Origin: an uncultured Candidatus Saccharibacteria bacterium
GTDB lineage: Bacteria > Patescibacteriota > Minisyncoccia > Minisyncoccales > Staskawiczbacteraceae
DNA length: 64,000 nucleotides
Direction of reading: 5' to 3'
NCBI GenBank assembly: GCA_964427585.1
Contig: CAYRVC010000001.1
Span: 34,220 to 98,219 of the forward strand
The position numbers and the translations under genes were made by a program. Under the pieces are notes generated by a model that was not told where the DNA came from, did no database searches, and worked only from the letters and a program-made list of their open reading frames with translations. Positions 25,211 through 33,768 of the stretch are shown here, one piece after another. Numbering within the stretch: the first letter of the stretch is position 1; each line of letters opens with the position of its first letter.

Positions 25211-26488
25211 ATGCCGGATAAATTTATTATCAAGGGAGGAAAACCTTTGAGGGGAGAGATTGAGGTTGGAGGGTCAAAAAATGCGGCCTTTCCTGTTTTG
25301 GTTGCGACTATTCTGACAAAAGAGCCATGCGTAATAGGCAATATTCCCCTGATAGAAGACGTATTAAAAATGATTGGCATATTAAAGGCCCTGGGGGCGG
25401 ACGTAGAATGGCTCAGCGAAAGAAAAATAAAAATACAATGCAAAAACATTGACCCTGAAAAACTTCCCCATGATGTTGTAAGCAACTTTCGGGGTTCTGT
25501 TTTATTTTGGGGCCCGCTGTTGGCGAGGTTTGGCAGTTTTAAAACAAAATCTCCAGGGGGATGCATCATCGGCGCCAGGCCATTAGACACCCATTTTGAC
25601 GCTTTTTCACAAATGGGCGTTAATGTTTCAGAGAAAGGAAAATTTTATCAATTTGAAAAAAATAATGCAGATGAGTTAAAAGACGGCCACGAAGTGGTCC
25701 TTGAAGAATTCAGCGTTACGGCAACGGAAAACGTTTTGTTATTTGCCAGCGCCTTGAAAAATAAAATAATTTTAAAAATTGCCGACCAGGATTATCAGGT
25801 GCAGGAGTTGATTAAGGTTTTAAACAAAATGGGGGCTGAAATAAAAATTTCAGGCCCGCATATTTTTAAAATTGAAAAAGGCGGAAATCTTAAAGGATTC
25901 AGCCACGAGCTGGTTGCGGATCCCATTGAGGCAGGCACATTTATTATCGCGGCAATCGCTACAAAGGGCGAAGTTTTGGTTAAAAATGTCGAATTAACCC
26001 ACTTGACGCTTTTTCTAAAAAAAATGAAGGGATTTGGAGCCAATATTGAATTTCAAGACAGCAGGTCTGTCAAAGTTATGCCTTCGCCAAAACTTATAAT
26101 AAATAAAATTCAGAGCTTGCCGTATCCTGGCATACATACCGATTTACAGCCCGAATTCGGGGTTTTGGCGACCCAAACAAAGGGCTCTACTTTAATACAC
26201 GATCCTCTTTATGAAGGCAGATTGAAATATCTTGATGAATTGAATAGAATGGGAGCAGATATAATTTTTTGCGACCCTCACAGGGCGATAATAAACGGCC
26301 CGACGCATCTGCGGGGCGTGGAAGTGCCAAGCTTGGATTTAAGGGCCGGAGCCGCGTTGATTATAGCAGGGCTGTTGGCCCAGGGCGTAACCACAATTAA
26401 CAACGCTTACCAGGTGGACAGGGGGTATGAAAAAATCGAGGAAAGGCTGCAAAAATTGGGAGCGGATATCAAACGCGTTAATTCTTAA
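25211..26488 (+). CDS. murA: UDP-N-acetylglucosamine 1-carboxyvinyltransferase
   Basis: FIIKGGKPLRGEIEVGGSKNAA.PVL...GGCIIGARPLDTH...DLRAGAALIIAGL. Confidence 0.93.
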   Translation: MPDKFIIKGGKPLRGEIEVGGSKNAAFPVLVATILTKEPCVIGNIPLIEDVLKMIGILKALGADVEWLSERKIKIQCKNIDPEKLPHDVVSNFRGSVLFWGPLLARFGSFKTKSPGGCIIGARPLDTHFDAFSQMGVNVSEKGKFYQFEKNNADELKDGHEVVLEEFSVTATENVLLFASALKNKIILKIADQDYQVQELIKVLNKMGAEIKISGPHIFKIEKGGNLKGFSHELVADPIEAGTFIIAAIATKGEVLVKNVELTHLTLFLKKMKGFGANIEFQDSRSVKVMPSPKLIINKIQSLPYPGIHTDLQPEFGVLATQTKGSTLIHDPLYEGRLKYLDELNRMGADIIFCDPHRAIINGPTHLRGVEVPSLDLRAGAALIIAGLLAQGVTTINNAYQVDRGYEKIEERLQKLGADIKRVNS

Positions 26489-26499
26489 ATTAAATATTT

Positions 26500-27507
26500 A
26501 TGTTCAGCGCTAAAATTGCCATTGATTTGGGAACATGCAACTCTTTAGTTTATGTTTTGGGCAAAGGCATTGTTTTATACGAGCCTTCGGTGGTTGCCGT
26601 GTCTTTGACCGACAATAAAATCCTGGCAGTGGGGGAAGGGGCAAAGGAAATGATCGGCCGCACTCCAGCTGACATCAAGGTTTACAGGCCGTTAAAAGAC
26701 GGGGTCATAGCCGACTACCGCGTAACCCAGGCAATGATCCGCTATTTTATTGACAAGACGGCAGGCCGGTTTAAATTTTTTAAGCCGGAGCTGGTGATAT
26801 CTGTTCCGGCCGGCATTACCAGCACGGAAAGGAGGGCGGTTATTGAAGCGGCTTTGTCTGCCGGGGCAAAGCAGGCATATGTGGCCAAAGAGCCCATATT
26901 GGCTGCCATTGGAGCCGGCATTCCCATTAACTCATGCTCAGGACATATGATTATTGATATTGGAGGGGGCACTTCGGAGGTGGCTGTCATTTCTTTGGGC
27001 GGAATAGTCACATCGCATTCGGTAAGGGTGGCCGGAGACAAAATGGACGCGGCAATAGGGGAGTATATAAAAAGAAAATATAACCTGGCAATAGGAACGC
27101 AATCGGCGGAAGAAATAAAAATAAAGGTAGGCGCCGCCCTTTTGCAGAAAGAGTCGAAATATTTGGAAATACAGGGCAGGGATTTGATTTTGGGACTGCC
27201 CCGCAATATCAAGGTTTCAAACAACGAAATTTGCGAAGCGGTTTCCGACGTGCTGGCTGAAATAGTGCAGGCCGCCAAACACGTGCTAAGCGAAACTCCT
27301 CCAGAGCTTTCCGCAGATATAATGAACAAAGGGATAGTAATGGCCGGAGGAGGATCTTTGCTTCCCAAAATAAACGAGCTTGTTGCGAACAGCACGGGCG
27401 TTCCTTGTTTTGTGGCCGAAGAGCCTTTGTTTTGCGTGGTAAAAGGAACGGGAATAGTTTTAGAGCATTTGGACGAATACAAGAAAGTGGTAATGTCTAA
27501 AAAATAA
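26500..27507 (+). CDS. mreB: Rod-shape/actin-like protein MreB (paralogue 1)
   Basis: IAIDLGTCNSLVYV...EPSVVAV...RPLKDGVIADY...IIDIGGGTSEVAVISLGGIV...GIVMAGGGSLL. Confidence 0.9.
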   Translation: MFSAKIAIDLGTCNSLVYVLGKGIVLYEPSVVAVSLTDNKILAVGEGAKEMIGRTPADIKVYRPLKDGVIADYRVTQAMIRYFIDKTAGRFKFFKPELVISVPAGITSTERRAVIEAALSAGAKQAYVAKEPILAAIGAGIPINSCSGHMIIDIGGGTSEVAVISLGGIVTSHSVRVAGDKMDAAIGEYIKRKYNLAIGTQSAEEIKIKVGAALLQKESKYLEIQGRDLILGLPRNIKVSNNEICEAVSDVLAEIVQAAKHVLSETPPELSADIMNKGIVMAGGGSLLPKINELVANSTGVPCFVAEEPLFCVVKGTGIVLEHLDEYKKVVMSKK

Positions 27508-27511
27508 GTTT

Positions 27512-28453
27512 ATGATGATTGGGCACCAGAAGCAGTGGGATTTTCTGAAAAATAAGTTTGAATCAGGAAAGCTTGGTCATGCTTATTTGTTTTCGGGGGA
27601 GAGCCAGTTGGGAAAAAGAACCTTTGCAAAGGAATTCGTCAAGCTGATAAACTGCCAGGAAAAAAAAGAAAAGCCCTGCCAGAAATGCCAGAATTGCAAA
27701 ATGATTGAAGGGGAAAGGTTTCCAGACCTTTTTACAATAAAAAACAACGGACAGGAAATAACGATTGACAAGGCAAGGGAGGCGCAGAATTTTTTAAGCT
27801 ATAAATCGTATTACGGCTCTTTCAAATCTGTTATAATAGACGAGGCTGAAAAAATGAACCAGGAGGCTCAAAGCTGTTTTTTAAAAACAGTAGAGGAGCC
27901 CAAAGGAAAAACAATAATAATTTTTGTTTCTTTGAGGCCCGAAGCCCTTTTGCCGACCATATTCTCCAGATGCCAGCCAATAAAATTTTTTCTTGCGCGA
28001 AAAGGCCTGATTGAAGATTATTTGAAAAATCAGGGAGTAGGCAAAGACAAAGCGGAAACGCTGGCCTTGGCTTCTGAAGGAAAACCGGGGAGGGCTATGG
28101 AATTATTTTTTAATCAAGGAATAATTGAAAAAGAAAAAAAGTTATTGAATCAACTGTCTGAAATAATCAATTCCAGCCTGGCTGAAAAATTCCAATATGT
28201 AAAAAAACTTGAATTGGAAAACAACGAATTGAATGAAATTTTGGCGGTTTTGATAAAATATTTCAGAGAAATTTTATTTTTAAAAACAGGGGCGGGTTTA
28301 GGCCAAAAAATCCAGGCTCCGATTCCTTTAACGGATTATTCGTTGCAAAAGATTAAAAAAAACATAGAGCTTATAGATTATATCCAGAGGCAGGCTTCCG
28401 TTTATAATATAAACCCGAAATTAGCTTTAGAATACATCTTAGCAGAAATTTAA
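27512..28453 (+). CDS. holB: DNA polymerase III delta' subunit
   Basis: HAYLFSGESQLGKRTFAKEF...C..C..C...VIIDEAEKMNQEAQSCFLKTVEEP...PTIFSRCQ. Confidence 0.85.
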   Translation: MMIGHQKQWDFLKNKFESGKLGHAYLFSGESQLGKRTFAKEFVKLINCQEKKEKPCQKCQNCKMIEGERFPDLFTIKNNGQEITIDKAREAQNFLSYKSYYGSFKSVIIDEAEKMNQEAQSCFLKTVEEPKGKTIIIFVSLRPEALLPTIFSRCQPIKFFLARKGLIEDYLKNQGVGKDKAETLALASEGKPGRAMELFFNQGIIEKEKKLLNQLSEIINSSLAEKFQYVKKLELENNELNEILAVLIKYFREILFLKTGAGLGQKIQAPIPLTDYSLQKIKKNIELIDYIQRQASVYNINPKLALEYILAEI

Positions 28454-28473
28454 ATTAAAATTATTAAAAAAAT

Positions 28474-29025
28474 ATGCATAAAGAGATAATAAATAAAGCA
28501 AAACCGGAATTTGAAAAAACAATGAAATTTTTAGAAGGGGAGATGGCGAAAATACGCGCTTCAAGAGCCTCTCCCGCTTTGATTGAAGATATAGAGGTTG
28601 ACTGCTTCGGTTCGAAATTCGCCTTAAAGCAGCTGGGCGCTATTTCTTCACCTCAACCAAATCAGCTTTTGGTCCAGCCATGGGATGTTTCATATATAGA
28701 CCCGATACAAAAAGCCATTGCTTCAGCCGGGCTTTCGCTGTCTTCTGCTGTTGATAAAAATGTGATTCGCTTAAACCTGCCCCTTCTTACGGAAGAATAC
28801 AGGCAGGGATTGGCAAAGCTTTTGAGCGAAAAAGCGGAAGCAGCCAGACAAACGGTGAGGCGCCAGAGGGAGCGCTGTTGGAACGAAATCCAGGATGCCT
28901 TCAAAGAAAAGAAAATTTCAGAAGACGACAAGTTCCGCGGCAAAAACGAATTGCAGAAAATAATAGACGAGTATAACGAAAAAATAAAGGAACTGGTGGA
29001 GAAAAAAAAGAACGAAATAGTATAA
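28474..29025 (+). CDS. frr: Ribosome recycling factor
   Basis: MKFLEGEMAKIRASRASPALIEDIEVDCFG....LKQLGAIS...LTEEYRQGLAK. Confidence 0.92.
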   Translation: MHKEIINKAKPEFEKTMKFLEGEMAKIRASRASPALIEDIEVDCFGSKFALKQLGAISSPQPNQLLVQPWDVSYIDPIQKAIASAGLSLSSAVDKNVIRLNLPLLTEEYRQGLAKLLSEKAEAARQTVRRQRERCWNEIQDAFKEKKISEDDKFRGKNELQKIIDEYNEKIKELVEKKKNEIV

Positions 29026-29046
29026 AATAAAATTAGGTTAATTTTT

Positions 29047-30171
29047 ATGATTTTAATATTGCTTGTTGCTATTTTCAGTTTGGTGGCCCTGATGGTTATC
29101 CATGAATTCGGGCATTTTATCATAGCCAAAAAATTCGGAATAAAAGTGGAAGAGTTCGGCATAGGGTATCCGCCGCGTATTTTTGGAAAAAAATTCGGAG
29201 AAACGATTTATTCCATAAATTTACTGCCGTTGGGCGCCTTTGTTAAAATTTACGGAGAAGAGGGCGGCGTTGATGATTACCGGAGTTTCACGGGGCTGGC
29301 CATCTGGAAAAGAATCCTTATTGTGCTGGGAGGGGTTGCGGCTTTTTGGCTGGCCGCCATAGTCATTTTTTCCGTTGTTTTTGCCATTGGCGTGAATATT
29401 CCGGTGGTTGATGAAGATATCCCGGGATTAACCAATCCTGAAGTGAGGGTTATAGGAATTTCAGAGAATTCTCCGGCAGAAAAAGCGGGGTTGAAATCCG
29501 GCGACATAATTTTAAAAGCCAAAACCCAGGATTCGCAATCTGTTGAAATCAAAAAAATAAAAGATTTCCAGGAAATAACAAAGAATAATCTCGGCAAGGA
29601 TATTTCTTTTACCGTAAACAGGAAAGGAAATAATTTTGAAATTTCATTGGCTCCGCGCCTTGAATGGCCGGAAAACGAAGGTCCTGCCGGCCTGGTGCTG
29701 GAAAGAACCGCCGATATCATCGGAAAACATCCCCTATATATAGCTCCCTTCAAAGGAGCTGCCTACACCTGGGAAATAACAGTAAACTCAACCTTGGGAT
29801 TATTCCAGGTTTTTTCGCAATTGTTTTCGGGAAAGGGCGTTCCGCAGGGGGCGGAATTCGCCGGACCATTGGGCATTACCGTGTTTTTGGCAAGGGCGGC
29901 TGACTACGGCATCGGGTATTTCCTGTATTTCGTGGGAGTCATTTCGGTTCTCGTCGCCATATTCAACCTGTTTCCCATTCCGGCCTTAGACGGAGGAAAG
30001 CTGGTGTTTTTGCTCATTGAAAAAATAAGGAAAAAGCCAGTTTCGCCCCTGATCGAGCAACGGATGACTGTTTTCTTTTTTATCCTGCTTATCAGCCTTT
30101 CTATTTTCATAACAGTAAAATTTGACATCCCGCGTTTTTCCGAATTTTTGAAATCAAGCATCCAAAAATAA
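29047..30171 (+). CDS. rseP: RIP metalloprotease RseP (site-2 protease, M50) with a PDZ domain
   Basis: HEFGHFIIAKKFG zinc motif, PDZ-like SPAEKAGLKSGDIIL, C-terminal NLFPIPALDGG. Confidence 0.9.
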   Translation: MILILLVAIFSLVALMVIHEFGHFIIAKKFGIKVEEFGIGYPPRIFGKKFGETIYSINLLPLGAFVKIYGEEGGVDDYRSFTGLAIWKRILIVLGGVAAFWLAAIVIFSVVFAIGVNIPVVDEDIPGLTNPEVRVIGISENSPAEKAGLKSGDIILKAKTQDSQSVEIKKIKDFQEITKNNLGKDISFTVNRKGNNFEISLAPRLEWPENEGPAGLVLERTADIIGKHPLYIAPFKGAAYTWEITVNSTLGLFQVFSQLFSGKGVPQGAEFAGPLGITVFLARAADYGIGYFLYFVGVISVLVAIFNLFPIPALDGGKLVFLLIEKIRKKPVSPLIEQRMTVFFFILLISLSIFITVKFDIPRFSEFLKSSIQK

Positions 30172-30176
30172 TTAAA

Positions 30177-30815
30177 ATGTCTTTTATCTTTTTAGACGAA
30201 TCAGGAGATTTAGGATTTAATTTCAAAAAAAGAAAAACTTCAAAGTTTTTTATAATAACTTTTTTAGCCACTGGAAATAAAAAAATAATCGAAAAGATTG
30301 TCAAAAAAACTCATTCAGAATTAAAGAAAAAATACAAAAAAAAGTTCAGTGTTTTGCATGCTTCAAAGGATAAACCAATAATCCGCCAAAGGTTGTTAAA
30401 AAGATTAAGCGATAAAGATTGTATTATTATGGCGATTTATTTAAACAAGAAAAAGGTTTATACTAATTTGCAAGAAGAAAAAGCCGTTCTTTATAATTAT
30501 GTTGCAAATATATTATTGGACAGAATATGCGCAAAAAAAATTATTACTGGAAAAGATAATATTGAACTCGTGGCATCTAGAAGGGAAACAAATAAATTTT
30601 TAAATGAAAATTTTAAAAATTATATAGATAATAAAGCAAGAAATCAGCACAAAATTAATATTAATGTTAAAATCAAAACGCCTTTTGAGGAAAAATCGTT
30701 GCAGGCGGCAGATTTCGCGAGTTGGGCTATTTTTAGAAAATATGAGCATGGAGACGACAGCTATTATAATTTAATCAAAAATAAAATAACGGAGGAGAGT
30801 CCGCTATTTCCATAA
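30177..30815 (+). CDS. DUF3800-family protein
   Basis: The MSFIFLDESGDLGF start is typical of DUF3800. The gene is visibly AT-rich compared with its neighbours. Confidence 0.55.
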   Translation: MSFIFLDESGDLGFNFKKRKTSKFFIITFLATGNKKIIEKIVKKTHSELKKKYKKKFSVLHASKDKPIIRQRLLKRLSDKDCIIMAIYLNKKKVYTNLQEEKAVLYNYVANILLDRICAKKIITGKDNIELVASRRETNKFLNENFKNYIDNKARNQHKININVKIKTPFEEKSLQAADFASWAIFRKYEHGDDSYYNLIKNKITEESPLFP

Positions 30816-31023
30816 AAAACAAAACCCCGTACGCTATTTACGAGCAACCATCCGGAAGCCCACGCACGAGGATTTACTTGTTATACTGTCATTATACTTT
30901 ATTATAGGTATGTGTCAAGAGCGGATTATTTTTTACAAAAAGATAAATTTTTATTAAAGAATAAAAGTAAAAAAAGAAGACAAAGGAAAAAAAGTGATAA
31001 TGTTAATTTGAATTTTTAAAAAT

Positions 31024-32277
31024 ATGCTTCAATCAAAATTATTCTATAAAACAGCGAAAGAAAAGTCGGCCGATACCGAATCTATTTCACATGAATTGCT
31101 GACCCGCGCCGGGTTTGTTGACCAGCTTATGGCCGGGGTTTACACATTTTTGCCGCTGGGTTTTATGGTTTTGAAAAAAATTGAAAATATAATAAGAAAA
31201 AATATGGAAAACGCGGGCGGACAGGAAGTTTTAATGCCGGTTTTACAGCCGAAAGAAAACTGGCAGAAAACAGGCAGGTGGGAAACCCTGGACATACTTT
31301 TTAAAATAAAAGCCAGCGGCGAAAAAGAATATGCCTTAGGGCCTACCCACGAAGAAGTTATTTCTCCTCTGGCAAAGAAAATTATTTTTTCATATAAGGA
31401 CCTGCCTTTTTATCTTTTCCAGATACAGACAAAATTCAGAAACGAGCCAAGGGCGAAATCCGGCATTCTAAGGACGCGGGAATTTTTAATGAAAGACCTT
31501 TATTCTTTTCACGCAGACCAGGGAGATTTGGATAAATACTATGAAAAGATGCTAAAAGTTTATTTCAATATTTTTAAAGAATGCGGCATTTACAAAGGAG
31601 GAAAAAATCCGCATACTTACAGAACGCTGGCTTCCGGAGGAAGTTTTTCAAAATATTCAGACGAGTTTCAAACAATTACTGAAGCTGGAGAAGACATAAT
31701 TTATATCTGTAAAAAATGCCAGACTGCCGTCAATAAGGAAATTATAAGCGAAAATAAAAATTGCCCCAATTGCAAATCCGCAGATTTTGAAGAAAAAAAG
31801 GCGATTGAGGTGGGGAATATTTTTAAACTGGGAACAAAATATTCTTTGCCCTTTGATTTAAAATTCAGGGATAAGGACGGATCGGAAAAACCGGTTTTAA
31901 TGGGCTGTTACGGAATAGGGATTTCAAGGCTGATGGGCGCCGTTGCGGAGGCAAGTCACGACAACAAAGGAATAATCTGGCCTAAAAATATTGCTCCATT
32001 TTCAGCGCATTTGATTCTCGTGGAAAACAGCCGAAAGGTAAAACAGGCGGCTGATAAGATATACGACAATTTTCAAAAACAAAAAATTGAAATATTATAT
32101 GACGACAGGCAGGGAAAGTCGGTTGGAGAAAAATTTGCGGTTTCGGACTTGATTGGAATTCCGCATAGGATAGTGGTGTCTGAAAAAACACTGGCAAAAA
32201 ATTCGGTCGAAGTAAAGGAAAGGACAAAAAACCAGGCAAAATTAGTTAAGATAAAAGAATTAATAAAATTATTCTAA
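31024..32277 (+). CDS. proS: Proline--tRNA ligase, short form without an INS editing domain
   Basis: HELLTRAGFVDQLMAGVYTFLPLG, FRNEPRAKSGILRTREFLMKDLYSFH, GCYGIGISRL. A CxxC..CxxC insert lies between motifs 2 and 3. Confidence 0.9.
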   Translation: MLQSKLFYKTAKEKSADTESISHELLTRAGFVDQLMAGVYTFLPLGFMVLKKIENIIRKNMENAGGQEVLMPVLQPKENWQKTGRWETLDILFKIKASGEKEYALGPTHEEVISPLAKKIIFSYKDLPFYLFQIQTKFRNEPRAKSGILRTREFLMKDLYSFHADQGDLDKYYEKMLKVYFNIFKECGIYKGGKNPHTYRTLASGGSFSKYSDEFQTITEAGEDIIYICKKCQTAVNKEIISENKNCPNCKSADFEEKKAIEVGNIFKLGTKYSLPFDLKFRDKDGSEKPVLMGCYGIGISRLMGAVAEASHDNKGIIWPKNIAPFSAHLILVENSRKVKQAADKIYDNFQKQKIEILYDDRQGKSVGEKFAVSDLIGIPHRIVVSEKTLAKNSVEVKERTKNQAKLVKIKELIKLF

Positions 32278-32284
32278 TTAACCT

Positions 32285-32412
32285 AATTATTCTAATTGTT
32301 CTAATCAATGTCTAATTTCTAATGACTAATTCAAAAACCCGTTTCAGACATTAGACATTTTATCATTTAGATTTGATTAGAATAATTAGAGTAATTAGAA
32401 TAATTAGACATT
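32285..32412 (+). repeat. Family-B long-hairpin element (MITE-like), copy 1
   Basis: Highly similar to 38525-38661. The left arm is made of TTCTAAT-type units and the right arm of ATTAGA-type units, which are mutually complementary. Confidence 0.9.
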
Positions 32413-32423
32413 AGTGAAAGGTT

Positions 32424-33485
32424 ATGTTTAAAAAACTATTTTCATTCTTATCTATTGACATGGCGATTGATTTGGGAACCGCTAATTCTTTGGTATATGT
32501 TAAAGACAGAGGCATAATTATAAATGAGCCGTCGGTGGTGGCAGTTAACAACAAAACAGGCCAGGTGCTGGCTATTGGCGAGGAAGCCAAAAAAATGGTG
32601 GGCCGCACGCCAGCATATATCACGGCCACCAGGCCCCTTGTGAACGGGGTAATTTCGGACTTTGAGGTAACCGAGCAGATGCTCAAATACTTTATTGAAA
32701 AAGCGGCTTCTTCAGGCAAAAAAGCGCTGGGGGTGGGTTCTTTGCCGAGGGTAATTATCGGTATTCCCTGCGGAGTCACGGAAGTTGAAAGAAGGGCGGT
32801 AAGGAACGCCGCCAAGTCAGCTGGAGCAAAAACTGTTTTTTTGATTGAAGAGCCCTTGGCTTCGGCCATTGGGGCCAAGCTTCCCATTCAGGAGGCTGGC
32901 GGAAATTTCATTGTTGATATAGGCGGAGGGACAACCGAGGTGGCCGTAATATCCTTGGGGGGAATAGTGGCTTTCAAAAGCCTGAGGGTTGCCGGCGACA
33001 AATTGAACGATGATATCGTGCAATTCGCCCAAAAAGAGTATAAGCTTTTAATAGGAGAAAGAACCGCGGAATTCATTAAAATAAGCATTGGTTCGGCCAT
33101 ACCATTGAAAGAAAAAAAGGAGATGCCGATGCGCGGCAGAAACCTGATTACCGGCCTGCCAGAAGAGGTGGTTGTTTTCAACGACGATGTCCAAAGGGCT
33201 TTGGACAGGTCGGTAAAACAGATTGTTTTGGCCATTAAAACGACAATTGAGGAAACTCCGCCGGAATTGCTGGCCGATGTGATGACGAACGGCATTTATC
33301 TGGCAGGGGGAGGCTCTCTTTTAAGGGGGCTTGATCTTCTTATCGCCAGGGAAACCAAAATGCCCTGCAAAATTATTGACGATCCTTTGACATCGGTTGT
33401 AAGGGGGGCCGGCATAGCCTTGGAAAACATAGAAAAGCTTTCGGAAGTTATGTCAAAAGACGAAGAGGAAGAAGCATTTACGTAA
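32424..33485 (+). CDS. mreB: Actin-like protein MreB (paralogue 2)
   Basis: MAIDLGTANSLVYV...EPSVVAV...RPLVNGVISDF...IVDIGGGTTEVAVISLGGIV...GIYLAGGGSLL. Confidence 0.9.
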   Translation: MFKKLFSFLSIDMAIDLGTANSLVYVKDRGIIINEPSVVAVNNKTGQVLAIGEEAKKMVGRTPAYITATRPLVNGVISDFEVTEQMLKYFIEKAASSGKKALGVGSLPRVIIGIPCGVTEVERRAVRNAAKSAGAKTVFLIEEPLASAIGAKLPIQEAGGNFIVDIGGGTTEVAVISLGGIVAFKSLRVAGDKLNDDIVQFAQKEYKLLIGERTAEFIKISIGSAIPLKEKKEMPMRGRNLITGLPEEVVVFNDDVQRALDRSVKQIVLAIKTTIEETPPELLADVMTNGIYLAGGGSLLRGLDLLIARETKMPCKIIDDPLTSVVRGAGIALENIEKLSEVMSKDEEEEAFT

Positions 33486-33489
33486 TTTA

Positions 33490-33768
33490 ATGATCAGCAA
33501 AGACGAAGTAAAACATATAGCGAAGCTGGCGAGGATTGAATTGACCGAACAGGAAATAGAAAAAATGCAAAAAGATTTGTCGTCTGTTTTGGATTATTTT
33601 GATTTGTTGAAAAAAGCCGGAAAACCCGGAAAAGAAGAGGCGATTTCCAAAAAGGTTGAAAATGCAACCAGGAAAGACGAGGCCTGCCATAGCGGTTTGG
33701 CAGACGAACTGGTTTCAGCTTCGCCTGACAGGAAAGACGATTATATCAAAGTAAAAGCAATATTATAA
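33490..33768 (+). CDS. gatC: Asp/Glu-tRNA amidotransferase subunit C
   Basis: ISKDEVKHIAKLARIELTEQEIEKMQKDLSSVLDYFDLL. TAATG overlap with gatA. Confidence 0.88.
   Translation: MISKDEVKHIAKLARIELTEQEIEKMQKDLSSVLDYFDLLKKAGKPGKEEAISKKVENATRKDEACHSGLADELVSASPDRKDDYIKVKAIL

Noticed and set aside
25135-25590. A 151-aa minus-strand ORF over the murA 5' end that stops just before a minus-strand terminator.
   Set aside because: The sequence has no recognisable domain and overlaps the highly conserved murA N-terminus. I kept only the terminator orientation as an observation.
26742-27482. A 246-aa ORF antisense to mreB. There are similar long antisense ORFs at 44411-45181, 17737-18273, 53249-53827, 56277-56867, 62390-62977, 38855-39355 and 45425-46036.
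   Set aside because: Each lies fully inside a gene with strong family motifs on the + strand. Their translations are low-complexity (S/F/L/P-rich) with no motifs. These are artefacts of purine-rich, stop-poor antisense frames.
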